A stretch of 64,000 nucleotides of DNA from Candidatus Pacearchaeota archaeon (lineage in GTDB: Archaea > Nanobdellota > Nanobdellia > Pacearchaeales > GW2011-AR1), in assembly GCA_041649045.1 (NCBI GenBank), contig JBAZNV010000001.1:286728-350727 (forward strand). Direction: 5' to 3'. Positions 28,563 through 38,601 of the stretch are shown here, in pieces. The stretch's first letter is position 1. Each line of letters starts with the position of its first letter. The notes beneath the pieces were generated by a model. The model ran no database searches. It saw nothing but the letters and a program-made list of their open reading frames with translations, and was not told where the DNA came from. The position numbers and the translations under genes were made by a program.

Positions 28563-30750
28563 TTAAATAACGAGCGGCATCTAAGGTATCTTCTCTATTA
28601 TAACCAGCGACTAATGTGGCAATCATCCCTTCATTAAATGGAGATTGGAAAGTTTTTATTACATATTCTCCGCTGCCGACTCCCGTTTCTTCTTCCCATT
28701 CATCGCCACACAAAGGAAAATTTACGTTTAATAAAACTGCGGATAAATTATTCACGCACGTCCCTCCTACGACAATCAAATTTCTGTTCTCAATGCCATC
28801 CTCTCTCAAATCTCTATAGAAAATAATGTCAACATCATTTTCAGAAAAATTACCATTACCTGACGTTAATAATACTTTCCCGTAAGATTCTTCTCCGTGA
28901 TAAATTATTCTGGCGCTTGTCTGGCCATTTGAATCGATAAAAATTTGCGAAGCTAATGGTGACTCTATCCATCCGGTTCGAACATCTGAATTATCATTAA
29001 GAGAATCAAGGATTCCTCCTGCAAGAACGTCCGTACTTTCAATTGATCCAACTTCAACTTCGTCATTCGCAGTGTCAACTCTAATTGTCACGCCAAAACT
29101 TTGCCCTTGTCCGATATCCCCGTCTTCATTTTCTTCAGTCAAACTCAATATCCACTCTGAATCCGAACCTAACGATATCAAGCCAACGCCGGTTCCATCC
29201 GATACAGGCAAAAATATTTTCAGCCCTTCCTGTGTGTACAAAGTATTGAAACTTCCGCCTTCATTTATGGAGATTGTGGCTGAATTATTATCGTTATCTA
29301 TACTGACTACTGTTAACTCTATATCGCCAAAAGTAGCAGAATCTCCTGCTCTGACGCTGCTCTCTTCCTCGTCCCCTGTTACATGATTAAAAAAATCCAC
29401 CACATCATTATTCCCGTCTGTTGTTACATCCAACCGAAGAATAAAAGATTCTGCTGAATTTTCATCGTCCCAAGAAGCAACCAAATATTCATCCGTATCG
29501 TCATTCCATTCTATGGTATCTGTAGATGAAGTAACAAGCAAGTTATCTTCACCGTCCCCAATGGCAGAAAAAGTGTTTCCATCAGAAAAAAGAATGGGTA
29601 ATTCAAATGGATCGTCCGAGCCCTCAACTATCGCATTAAGAACAATCACGTCTTCCCCATTTGAATCGATAAGCAACTCTTCTTCTGTAGGTATAAAAAA
29701 TTCCTCCATTACAAATCTTAAATTTTCGAATAATGGCATTGCCGTCATCTCTTCAGCGTCTTCTGCAATAAACATATCTTCTTCCGCATTCCATTCAAAT
29801 GTAATGCTTCGAAGTTCATACTGATCTCCCGTCACTTCACTGTCTATATGAGCGATAAGCCCTTCGATATTATCATCTGCTATTTCGACTTCACCGCCAT
29901 CCGTCAAAGTAACACTTTTGGCTCCGATAAGAAATTGTACTCTTTGTACTCCCCCTGAGAAATCCTGATAATCAATTTCCGTGACAGCCACAGTTGTTCC
30001 CCGAATCGTTGCAGTATCTCCTTCCTGAAGCGACCTTGTTAATTCACCATTTACCCTAAGTCTTGCCTGATTTTGATTTATAAAAACAGCTTCAATAGTA
30101 AAAGAGTTGTCATCCTCAACAAACGTTTTGGTCTCTCCTAAATTCAAGCTGCTCTCAATCGCACCGGACAACATTTCGATTCTATCGTTTGAGTTCGCAG
30201 AAATTATTGTATATTCTCTTCCGAAAAGTTCTATTTGGGTGTTCTCGAAATCTGTCAAGTCGCCATTTGATATATCTGATTCGACAACGTCTGTAAAATC
30301 AACTGTATAATTTAAGATATGATCGCCATCTTCTATAAAAATCCCTATTGACGGATCGTCATCCCTATAATCATTATCCTGAAAAACAGTCAGTACCAAA
30401 TTTTCACTTAACGAAATTTCCTGATCATAATCGAAAAGGTCTCCCTTATTTGTCTCATACTCACCCTGAGATAAAAGAGAAGGAAGGTCATCTTCGTCTA
30501 TTGCTCCCCTCTGAATCTGCGACAAACTATCGCCAAGATTTAACCTGTCGTTTGATCTTTCAAAGGATAAAGATTCTTCTGAATTATTTTCGCCAAGCAA
30601 ATTATTTCTTATAATCTGAGCTGCAGAACGATCTTCATCACTCCCAATTACGACATAGACGTCACCTTCATCAAAAGTAGATGGGAACATTTGGGCTGAT
30701 GCCAAAACTAAAAAAGTGGTCATTGCCAATATTGCAATTACTTTTTTCAT
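28498..30750 (-). CDS. S-layer protein
   Basis: Signal peptide; very acidic and beta-rich; C-terminal NLIVVGGTCVN...LVAGYNREDTLDAA; AAAGGAGGT RBS. Confidence 0.85.
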   Translation of the reverse strand: MKKVIAILAMTTFLVLASAQMFPSTFDEGDVYVVIGSDEDRSAAQIIRNNLLGENNSEESLSFERSNDRLNLGDSLSQIQRGAIDEDDLPSLLSQGEYETNKGDLFDYDQEISLSENLVLTVFQDNDYRDDDPSIGIFIEDGDHILNYTVDFTDVVESDISNGDLTDFENTQIELFGREYTIISANSNDRIEMLSGAIESSLNLGETKTFVEDDNSFTIEAVFINQNQARLRVNGELTRSLQEGDTATIRGTTVAVTEIDYQDFSGGVQRVQFLIGAKSVTLTDGGEVEIADDNIEGLIAHIDSEVTGDQYELRSITFEWNAEEDMFIAEDAEEMTAMPLFENLRFVMEEFFIPTEEELLIDSNGEDVIVLNAIVEGSDDPFELPILFSDGNTFSAIGDGEDNLLVTSSTDTIEWNDDTDEYLVASWDDENSAESFILRLDVTTDGNNDVVDFFNHVTGDEEESSVRAGDSATFGDIELTVVSIDNDNNSATISINEGGSFNTLYTQEGLKIFLPVSDGTGVGLISLGSDSEWILSLTEENEDGDIGQGQSFGVTIRVDTANDEVEVGSIESTDVLAGGILDSLNDNSDVRTGWIESPLASQIFIDSNGQTSARIIYHGEESYGKVLLTSGNGNFSENDVDIIFYRDLREDGIENRNLIVVGGTCVNNLSAVLLNVNFPLCGDEWEEETGVGSGEYVIKTFQSPFNEGMIATLVAGYNREDTLDAARYLIEQRPDISVGEEFISGNASNI

Positions 30751-30905
30751 AACTCAATACCTCCTTTCAAATCTTGAATTATATCTAAAATACTTTCACT
30801 GGGAACTTTTTTTGTTTCCATAAAATATAAATATCGAATTAATTCATAAAAAGAAGCGGTATAGGAAAATACAGCTATGGCAAACTATACTTCAGGCACA
30901 ATCGA

Positions 30906-31340
30906 CTATTCCTTGTTTTTTTCAAAATACCCGGTTATTATTTGATTCTCAATAATATGCCCTGACATTGCCCTATTTATTTCCTCTTTTTTCCTGTTGT
31001 TTATGAACAAAATTGAATCAAGAATATAAAATGAAAAAATATATCTGTGTTTTCCAGAAGGAGGACATGGGCCAAAATATCCCGCTTTTCCCAAGCTATT
31101 TTCGCCCTGCATGCCCAAATTAGTATTTTCTTCTATTGTAATATCTTTACCCGAAAGAGGAATATTATAAATCACCCAATGAATAAAATTATTGGCATCA
31201 GGATCAATAACGATAATTGCCATGCTTTTCGCATTTTCGGGAATTTCCGATATTTTAAACGGTGGGCTTGTATTCTTGCCTTTACAGGTGTGTTTCACGG
31301 GGATGTCTTCATTGTCTTTGAAATTTGTTTCTATTATCAT
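30906..31340 (-). CDS. YbhB/YbcL (PEBP, Raf kinase inhibitor-like) protein
   Basis: DPDA, FIHWVIYNIP and YFGPCPPSGKHRY motifs. Confidence 0.92.
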   Translation of the reverse strand: MIIETNFKDNEDIPVKHTCKGKNTSPPFKISEIPENAKSMAIIVIDPDANNFIHWVIYNIPLSGKDITIEENTNLGMQGENSLGKAGYFGPCPPSGKHRYIFSFYILDSILFINNRKKEEINRAMSGHIIENQIITGYFEKNKE

Positions 31341-31447
31341 ATAAAATAAATTAAATTCAAGACTTAAGTAGTTGTTGTATTAGAACAAACATCTGATGTA
31401 TGATTATTTACAGCAAAATTTTTTATTCAAATTATATATTTAATTAT

Positions 31448-31840
31448 ATGAGACGCTTTAAACCTTTCATGCGACGAATAAGTGATTGGGCGAACGAGTT
31501 TCCCGACGAAGATTTCTCAAGCCCTGATGTAGATATTGTCGACAAAGAAGAAGAGTTAATGATAAAAATTGACTTACCTGGCGTGAAAAAAGAAGATATA
31601 AAATTGAATATAAATTCCGACTCAATTGAAATAAAATGCGAAAAAACAGAAGAAAGAAAAGATGAAGAAGAAGGTGATTATTATTTATCAGAGAGATATT
31701 ATCGAGGATTTTACAGAAAGATTTCATTGCCCAGATCGATAATACCAGAGGATGCGAAGGCAAGATTTCGCAACGGTGTTCTCGAAATTACTGCTCCAAA
31801 ATTCGAAGACGAATCTTCTAATGTGGAAATAGAAGATTAA
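31448..31840 (+). CDS. Hsp20/alpha-crystallin small heat shock protein
   Basis: DLPGVKKEDI, SERYYRGFYRKISLP and ARFRNGVLEITAPK motifs. Confidence 0.92.
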   Translation: MRRFKPFMRRISDWANEFPDEDFSSPDVDIVDKEEELMIKIDLPGVKKEDIKLNINSDSIEIKCEKTEERKDEEEGDYYLSERYYRGFYRKISLPRSIIPEDAKARFRNGVLEITAPKFEDESSNVEIED

Positions 31841-31925
31841 TTTCCCGAAACCTTTATAACTGCTCTTTTATTTGATTTATGTAAGAAACTGGAAAATTAA
31901 GTTAAATTATCAGTTCTTGAAAAAA

Positions 31926-33170
31926 ATGAATGAGTTTGGAAAATTATCATTAAGTGAAAATTTATTAAAAATTCTTCGCGAAGAAGGTTTTGAAAAACCA
32001 CTTGAAATTCAGGAGAAAGTCTTGCCTTTAGCTATTGCTGAAAAAGATATCATCGGAAAATCAGAAACAGGCAGCGGGAAGACTCTTGCATTCGCTTTGC
32101 CAATTTTGCAAAATCTTAAACCAAATGGAAATGTCCAAGCCTTGATTCTTACTCCAACCCGTGAGCTCGCAGAACAGATCACGAGAACTTTCGAAAAATT
32201 TTCTAAAAATTCAAAAATTGAAATTACGTCGGTATACGGTGGTGTAAATATAAATACCCAAATAAAAAAAATTCCTTACAGTGACATAATTGTAGCAACT
32301 CCCGGCAGAATTCTTGATCATCTTCAGAGAAATACGCTTGAGCTAAGGCATATAAAATTTTTAGTTTTGGACGAAGTTGACAGAATGTTTGATATGGGAT
32401 TTTATCCTGACGTTGAAAAAATAATCTCGAAGTGCCCGAAGGAAAGACAAACCCTGCTCTTTTCAGCAACAATTTCTCATGAAATTGATTACCTTGCGAA
32501 AAAACATACTAATGAAGCAATCCGTGTTTCTACAAATTCTTATGTTGATCCGACAAAGCTTGAGCAAGTTTATTATGATACGCCTGGCAATCTCAAGTTT
32601 TCTCTTTTGGTGCACCTGCTTAAAGAAGAAAAATCAAATCTGGTAATGGTTTTTTGCAACACAAAAAGAAACACCGATCTTGTTTCAAAATTATTGAGAA
32701 AAGTTGGATTGAACGCAAGCGCGATTCACGGAGATCTGACTCAAAATCAAAGACAAAGAACGTTGGATAATTTTCACAAACAGCATGTCAATATTCTCGT
32801 TTGCACCGATGTAGCCGCAAGGGGATTGGATATAAAAGGAGTAAGCCATGTTTATAATTACGATCTCCCATCAAAAAGCGATGATTACATTCACAGAGTT
32901 GGAAGAACCGCGAGAGCGAAAAAAGAAGGAAAGGCTATAGCCCTACTTTCTGATAGAGATTATGAAAACTTCGACAGAATTCTTAAATCAAATCCCAAAT
33001 TAAAAATCGAACGAAAAGAAATGCCGAAAATTGAAGTCATAAAAATCGAAAAAGACTTTAACAACCGTGAAAGATTTGGCGACAGAAGAACTTGGAATAA
33101 AAGTCCAAGAAGAAGAAGCAATCAAAGAAATTCAAACAGAAGATTTGGGAACAGAGATAGCAGACGCTAA
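31926..33170 (+). CDS. DEAD-box RNA helicase
   Basis: ETGSGKT, PTRELA, TPGR, DEVD, SAT, TDVAARGLD and HRVGRTAR motifs. Confidence 0.95.
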   Translation: MNEFGKLSLSENLLKILREEGFEKPLEIQEKVLPLAIAEKDIIGKSETGSGKTLAFALPILQNLKPNGNVQALILTPTRELAEQITRTFEKFSKNSKIEITSVYGGVNINTQIKKIPYSDIIVATPGRILDHLQRNTLELRHIKFLVLDEVDRMFDMGFYPDVEKIISKCPKERQTLLFSATISHEIDYLAKKHTNEAIRVSTNSYVDPTKLEQVYYDTPGNLKFSLLVHLLKEEKSNLVMVFCNTKRNTDLVSKLLRKVGLNASAIHGDLTQNQRQRTLDNFHKQHVNILVCTDVAARGLDIKGVSHVYNYDLPSKSDDYIHRVGRTARAKKEGKAIALLSDRDYENFDRILKSNPKLKIERKEMPKIEVIKIEKDFNNRERFGDRRTWNKSPRRRSNQRNSNRRFGNRDSRR

Positions 33171-33412
33171 TCCTGATCCAAGCCTACATTATCGTAAGTA
33201 TAAATTGTTGGCTCTTCTTTTTTGACTTCGGAATTCTGATTGGGTTCGGAACTTTCAGCTTCTTGTTTTAGAGAAATTATATCCGGATTTTCGAATGTTT
33301 CTTTTTTTTTCATTGAACTAACCGCCCAATGATAAAGAAGCACGAGCACTAAAAGTATAAAACAAATTACAATTATCCCGATAAAAATCCAGTCAACTGA
33401 ATCCAGCACCAT
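33167..33412 (-). CDS. Small single-TM protein
   Basis: N-terminal hydrophobic helix and acidic tail. Confidence 0.55.
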   Translation of the reverse strand: MVLDSVDWIFIGIIVICFILLVLVLLYHWAVSSMKKKETFENPDIISLKQEAESSEPNQNSEVKKEEPTIYTYDNVGLDQD

Positions 33413-33628
33413 GAATATAATTTAATTTTAAACTATATAAAACTGTCCCCTTAATATTTTTAAAAACATTAAAAGAAAACCTTTTTTGTTCAAATACTTT
33501 ATTAAATTTCTGTAAAATGTATCTTGAATCTTTTCACTGCTTCAGCTATCTATTTTTTGTATTGTCTGGGACAATAATTTATGTTTATAAAATAAACAAA
33601 TATTATATTATAAGAATTTGTTTTAAAA

Positions 33629-34621
33629 TCATTTCCATTTTACTTCTACATCATCGGTTCTTTCTCGCGGAGAGATATCAATTTCATCAAACTCTTGAAC
33701 ATTTTTGGAAATTCCTGCTTTTAACATTTTGAGTCCGAGATATCCGATCATCCCGGCATTATCTACAAGCAAACTTTTTTCAGGGCAAAAAAATTTCACG
33801 TTTCTTTCCTCGCACATAATTTTGCACATTTCCTGTAAACGTGAATTACAGGCAACTCCTCCCCCGAGCAAAAGTTCTTTTTTCCCGGTGTGAGCCAGCG
33901 CCCTTTCAGCAGCCTCGACAAGCATCGCAAAAACAGTTTCTTGCATCGAAAAAGACAAATCTTCAATTGGGATACCTTTACTTAGAAGATTCCTTAATTT
34001 TGTTTGAATCCCTGAAAACGAAACATCCATTCCTTTTATTGAGTATGGAAGTTCTATATAATTTTTCGATTGTTCGGCTAATTTTTGGATTTTCGGCCCG
34101 CCCGGGAAACCAATTCCTGCAAAACGTGCAAACGTGTCAATAAAATTTCCGACGCCAAGATCCAGTGTTTCGCCAAAAACCCTGAATTTTCCAGCTTCGT
34201 ATGCAATTACCTGAGTATTGGCTCCAGAGGCGTAAAGAAGAACAGGGTCTTTTGCTCCGGTCGTTTCTCCAATCTCAAGATGAGCAATACAATGATTCAC
34301 TGGAATGATGGGTATACCAAATTTTTTAGCAATCTTTTTACTAAACTCCATCCCCTCTAATAAGCACGGAGCAAGTCCGGGAGCGTTTGAAAAGGAAATA
34401 GCAATAATATCTTTCTCGCTAATTTTAGCTTCATCAATCGCTTTCCAATATAAACCTTCGGCAACTTTCTTGTGATGCTTTCTAACTTCTAACGGAATCA
34501 TCCCGCCTTGCTCCGTTGTGTAGACGTCTTTTAGGTTTGACAATATTTTTCCTTCAAAATCTAAAATTGCAACTCCGAATGTATGCGCTGTTGATTCAAT
34601 ACCAAGGATATATTTTTTCAT
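33629..34621 (-). CDS. kae1: tRNA N6-threonylcarbamoyltransferase Kae1
   Basis: LGIESTAHT, VNHCIAHLEIG, SGANTQ, GETLD, GGVACN and DNAGMI motifs. Confidence 0.95.
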   Translation of the reverse strand: MKKYILGIESTAHTFGVAILDFEGKILSNLKDVYTTEQGGMIPLEVRKHHKKVAEGLYWKAIDEAKISEKDIIAISFSNAPGLAPCLLEGMEFSKKIAKKFGIPIIPVNHCIAHLEIGETTGAKDPVLLYASGANTQVIAYEAGKFRVFGETLDLGVGNFIDTFARFAGIGFPGGPKIQKLAEQSKNYIELPYSIKGMDVSFSGIQTKLRNLLSKGIPIEDLSFSMQETVFAMLVEAAERALAHTGKKELLLGGGVACNSRLQEMCKIMCEERNVKFFCPEKSLLVDNAGMIGYLGLKMLKAGISKNVQEFDEIDISPRERTDDVEVKWK

Positions 34622-34732
34622 TAATTAATTTAAAATAAATTAGTTTATAAATTTTTGATTAGCCCCAAACTCTCTTCTGATTCTTTTTATATATTGCGAG
34701 ATGCTTTCGCTGCCGCCGGAACAATAGAGGGA

Positions 34733-34936
34733 TTATCTGAATGAAGAAGGACTACTCCCATATAAAGGGTCTTGATAGCGTTGTTGCGAATTATTATAAG
34801 CGTCTTGGATTTTCTTTTTTTGTCTTTCTGCTTCTCTGTTAAGATTGGCTGCTATTTCAGTGGCTTTACTAAATCTTTCATATCTATTATTATGTGTATG
34901 TTCTTGGGTTTTCTTTTTATGCCCATGTTTGCTCAT
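34733..34936 (-). CDS. Small hypothetical protein
   Basis: 67 aa hydrophilic ORF with AT-rich upstream region. Confidence 0.4.
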   Translation of the reverse strand: MSKHGHKKKTQEHTHNNRYERFSKATEIAANLNREAERQKKKIQDAYNNSQQRYQDPLYGSSPSSFR

Positions 34937-35057
34937 TTTATTTTTTAAAGTTTTAAATTTTTAAATTTAATTGTGATATAGTAGTCTAATTTTATCTTCA
35001 AAAATTTTAAATATGTTGGGCATAAAATTATAAATAGTAGAAAATCTCATTTTTAAT

Positions 35058-36101
35058 ATGGTGATTGAAAAAGAAAAAAGTTTCTTTGATTTTATAAAAT
35101 TAGTGTCACCAGGGATGCCATTAAGAACGGTTGTCAACGATCTTGTTGAATCGGGACTGGGCGCAATAATTGTTTTTGATTCTCCAGAACTTCATGAACA
35201 AAATCTTTTTGAAGGTGGATTTAGAATTAATTGCAGGTTTACTCAACAAAAACTGTTTGAACTCTGTAAAATGGATGGGGGGATTATTGTTTCTACGGAT
35301 TTGAGCAGGATACTTTATGCAAATGTCTTGATGACGCCCGATAATTCACTTCATACCCACGAAACCGGGACCAGGCACAAGGCAGCCGAAAGGATTGCGA
35401 AACAAGCAAAAACTTTTGTGATAGCTGTTTCGGAAAGAAAAAGAAAAACTACATTGTATTACTCAAAAACAAGATACTATCTAAAAACCGTCGATGAATT
35501 AATTAGAGGAATTAGTTCCATACTTCAGGTGCTTGAAAAACAAAGAGAAATTTTCGATGATCTTCTGAATAATCTTAACATACTTGAAATGTCAGAACTC
35601 GTTTCTGTAAGCGATGTTTGCAAGGTCATACAAAGAGCCGAAATGATCCTGAAAATTTCCGACACAATAAAAAAGAATTTTACAGAACTTGGGAAAGAAG
35701 GAAGTATTATGCAGATGAGGTACCGTGAACTCGTTCGGGGAATTGAAAAAATTGAGAACGAAGTTTTAAGAGATTATTCTATAATTTCCCTAAAAAAATC
35801 GACGACACTTTTATCGAACCTTACTTATGACGGGCTGCTGGATATCGAATCAATTTCAAGATTAATCATAGAAAAGCCTTTGGAAGAAAGCATTTCGCCG
35901 AAAGGTTTTAGGTTTTTGTCGCACTTGACTCTTGCAGAAAAAGAAATTTCTCAAATCGTAAAACAATTCGGAAACTTAAGAAATATCTTGATAAGCGACT
36001 CCTCGAATTTCGAAAATATTCTTAAAGGTCGTGCAAGCAAAATGAAAGAAGAAATTTTGAATTTGAAAGAACAAGTTTTGAGTGGGAAGGTGGTTTGCTA
36101 A
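35058..36101 (+). CDS. disA: DisA-type diadenylate cyclase / DNA integrity scanning protein
   Basis: SPGMPLR, LFELCKMDGGI, ETGTRHKAAERIAKQ and IAVSER motifs; linker ending SPKGFRFL; HhH-like C-terminus. Confidence 0.88.
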   Translation: MVIEKEKSFFDFIKLVSPGMPLRTVVNDLVESGLGAIIVFDSPELHEQNLFEGGFRINCRFTQQKLFELCKMDGGIIVSTDLSRILYANVLMTPDNSLHTHETGTRHKAAERIAKQAKTFVIAVSERKRKTTLYYSKTRYYLKTVDELIRGISSILQVLEKQREIFDDLLNNLNILEMSELVSVSDVCKVIQRAEMILKISDTIKKNFTELGKEGSIMQMRYRELVRGIEKIENEVLRDYSIISLKKSTTLLSNLTYDGLLDIESISRLIIEKPLEESISPKGFRFLSHLTLAEKEISQIVKQFGNLRNILISDSSNFENILKGRASKMKEEILNLKEQVLSGKVVC

Positions 36102-36273
36102 CAATTACTTCGAGAAAATGTTTTTAATTTATAGTTTGTGATAGTCTAAATTAAATGATTTGGGGGACATTTTTAGAAAGATTAGAAACCATGTTCTTAG
36201 AACAATTAAATTTAATTTCAATTTTCCGTTTGATTATCACAAACTATAAAACCTTTCAATTATTATCACAAAT

Positions 36274-37320
36274 ATGCTATCACAAAAACAACTTGATGAA
36301 ATTAGAAAACATCTTGAAAATTCGCAAAATCCACTTTTCTTTTTCGATAATGACGTGGATGGACTTTGTTCGTTTTTAATTCTAAGACGAGCGATTGACA
36401 GGGGCCGTGGTATACCAATAAAATCATTCCCAGATTTAAAAGAACAATATTTAAAAAAAGTAGAAGAAATCCTGCCAGATTCAATTTTTATTTTGGACAA
36501 AGCCGAAGTCAGCGCAGAATTTATTTTTGGCGTGAAAGAAAAGGGTCTTCCGATTATTTGGATTGACCACCATGAATCAAAAACACCAAAAGAAATAATA
36601 AAGAATACTTTTTATTTTAATTCGATGCCGACGGCAGAACCAACAACTTTTATTGCACAAAATATTTTTAAAAGGAAAGAAGATTTATGGCTCGCCCTAA
36701 TCGGATGTATTGGGGATGTTTATATGCCGAAATTCGCTGAAAGTTTTGAAAAAGATTCGCCGGAACTTTTTAATTCTAAGCTTTCAGCCTTCGAAGCACT
36801 TTATTTAACAGAAATCGGGAAAATGGCAAGAATGCTAAACTTCGGGCTGATGGACACGACGACGAATGTTGTGAATATGATAAAATATCTTTTCAGGGCA
36901 AAAAATAGCTACGATCTTTTTGAAGAAAATACTTTCACAAAAAATTTACATAATAAATATAGGAAACTTAATGAGTTTTATTTTAAACAAATAAGCAAAG
37001 CTGAAGCAAATTTTAAAGAAGATTCTAAGGCAATTTTTTTTTCATACGCCGGGACAAGCATGTCATCCGAAATTGCAAACGGATTATATTTCAAACATAA
37101 AGACAAGCTGATCGTCGTCGCATTTAAAAGACCCGATAAAATAAATATTTCCATAAGAGGCAAAAATGCGCTCGAAATAACAAAAAAGGTTATACAAAAA
37201 ATTGATGGCGCAACTGGCGGCGGGCACAAAGAAGCAACGGGAGCCATGATTCCTGTTGATAAATATGAAAACTTCAAAAAAGAAATATTAAAAATACTTG
37301 ACGAATCTTCGTCCTTATAA
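36274..37320 (+). CDS. DHH/DHHA1 family phosphoesterase
   Basis: DNDVDG, ILD, WIDHH and SIRG...GGGHKEATG motifs. Confidence 0.9.
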   Translation: MLSQKQLDEIRKHLENSQNPLFFFDNDVDGLCSFLILRRAIDRGRGIPIKSFPDLKEQYLKKVEEILPDSIFILDKAEVSAEFIFGVKEKGLPIIWIDHHESKTPKEIIKNTFYFNSMPTAEPTTFIAQNIFKRKEDLWLALIGCIGDVYMPKFAESFEKDSPELFNSKLSAFEALYLTEIGKMARMLNFGLMDTTTNVVNMIKYLFRAKNSYDLFEENTFTKNLHNKYRKLNEFYFKQISKAEANFKEDSKAIFFSYAGTSMSSEIANGLYFKHKDKLIVVAFKRPDKINISIRGKNALEITKKVIQKIDGATGGGHKEATGAMIPVDKYENFKKEILKILDESSSL

Positions 37321-37368
37321 ATGTTAATAGAGTAAATTTTAAAAGCTTCCTTATTCTTTGTGTTTTAT

Positions 37369-37521
37369 GCTCTCGTAGTCTAGAGGCCAAGGATACCACC
37401 CTCTCAGTCGGGGAAGTTTAAATCGTTGAGATGATAACTTCGGTTCGCTTGAACAACCCAAAATCTCTATAGATTTCTAAGGAGAACGGTGGCGACCCGA
37501 GTTCAAATCTCGGCGAGAGCA
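37369..37521 (+). tRNA. tRNA-Glu(CTC) with an 80-nt intron at position 37/38 (37407-37486)
   Basis: Acceptor GCTCTCG/CGAGAGC; anticodon stem CCACC/GGTGG; T arm CCGAG-TTCAAAT-CTCGG; BHB CTCT-CA^G...GGAG-AA^C. Confidence 0.92.
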
Positions 37522-38021
37522 TAATACGTTTATGATTTTTGAGTAATAACAACGGAAAAGTTTAAATATGAAATTTTTGTACATAAGATATGAATTCGCC
37601 TAATCCATTACCTTATGTACATGTAAAAATTCAAAAAGTTTTAGAATTAGAAGGAGCAATAAGAAAAGATTTCAATTGTAGAACTTCGGTTTGCGCGCAT
37701 GTTTCTACGCCATGCGAAAAAGAAGGAAGAGATGTTCAGTATGTTATGATGGATCTTTTTCCTCGAAATGGAATTATGTACTTGGGAAATATCAATCCTG
37801 AAACCAAAATATTTGAATGTTTTGATATGAGCAAGATTGCGTTATATGAAAGAGCGAACAACCATGTAGTAAAAAAAGTTATGGTGCCAATAAGTCAATT
37901 TTCAAAATTAAAAACATTAGAAGAAGTTTTATCAATTGAAGGCATTTCGGTTAAAAGAGAATTAATTCCGAGCGACTAGTCATATTCAATGCTTTGGGTA
38001 ATCTCGGCGAGAGCATAATAC
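37506..38021 (+). mobile_element. Mini-island bounded by 22-bp att-like direct repeats of the tRNA-Glu 3' end
   Basis: AATCTCGGCGAGAGCATAATAC at 37506-37527 and 38000-38021. Confidence 0.75.
37590..37979 (+). CDS. Hypothetical protein, sole cargo of the tRNA-Glu mini-island
   Basis: 129 aa ORF with its own TTTAAATA box at about 37562. Confidence 0.65.
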   Translation: MNSPNPLPYVHVKIQKVLELEGAIRKDFNCRTSVCAHVSTPCEKEGRDVQYVMMDLFPRNGIMYLGNINPETKIFECFDMSKIALYERANNHVVKKVMVPISQFSKLKTLEEVLSIEGISVKRELIPSD

Positions 38022-38033
38022 AAAACATATTCT

Positions 38034-38519
38034 CTAAATTTTATTTTTTAAATCCTCAATTTGAGAAATTATTTCTTTGTTCTCTAATTCTTTTCGTTCA
38101 ATTTCTTCATTTGTTAAATTATCGTACAAAATATTTTTTTTATTTTGAATTGAATCTATCGTCAACGAAATAATATGAAGTTTTACCAACATAATTTCAC
38201 ACTTTTTTCTTATAGTTTCACTTTTTTCTTCAACATATAATCTCCCAACTTTCCCCATTAAATTATTAATTTTCATTCTACAATCTTCAATTGTTTCATT
38301 TTGTTCATTATTTAGGTAGAGCTCAATTTCAGATTGGCAATTTTCAATTTCTAAATACTCGTTTTCTAATTTTTCAATGGATAAATTTGACATTTTTTGA
38401 TCAAAATTAAACTTAAAGTTGCCAGAAAAAGAATTGACTATTAAAATCAAAACAACTAACAGCCCGGCGACACTCAAAATCCAATATTTTTTGTGTTTCG
38501 TCATGAAATATACAAACAA
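38034..38519 (-). CDS. Membrane-anchored helical hypothetical protein
   Basis: N-terminal TM helix; E/N/K-rich helical body. Confidence 0.55.
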   Translation of the reverse strand: MFVYFMTKHKKYWILSVAGLLVVLILIVNSFSGNFKFNFDQKMSNLSIEKLENEYLEIENCQSEIELYLNNEQNETIEDCRMKINNLMGKVGRLYVEEKSETIRKKCEIMLVKLHIISLTIDSIQNKKNILYDNLTNEEIERKELENKEIISQIEDLKNKI

Positions 38520-38601
38520 ATTAAATATTTAAAGCTTCCATCCAAAATCTTTTGTATATTGTGCAACAAAAACAATTTAAATTGCATTTCTATCTCAAAC
38601 C

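Noticed and set aside
38000..38021. A second tRNA or split-tRNA half
   Set aside because: Only the last 16 nt of the tRNA plus trailer are repeated, with no complete T arm or complementary leader; an att-like duplication fits better.
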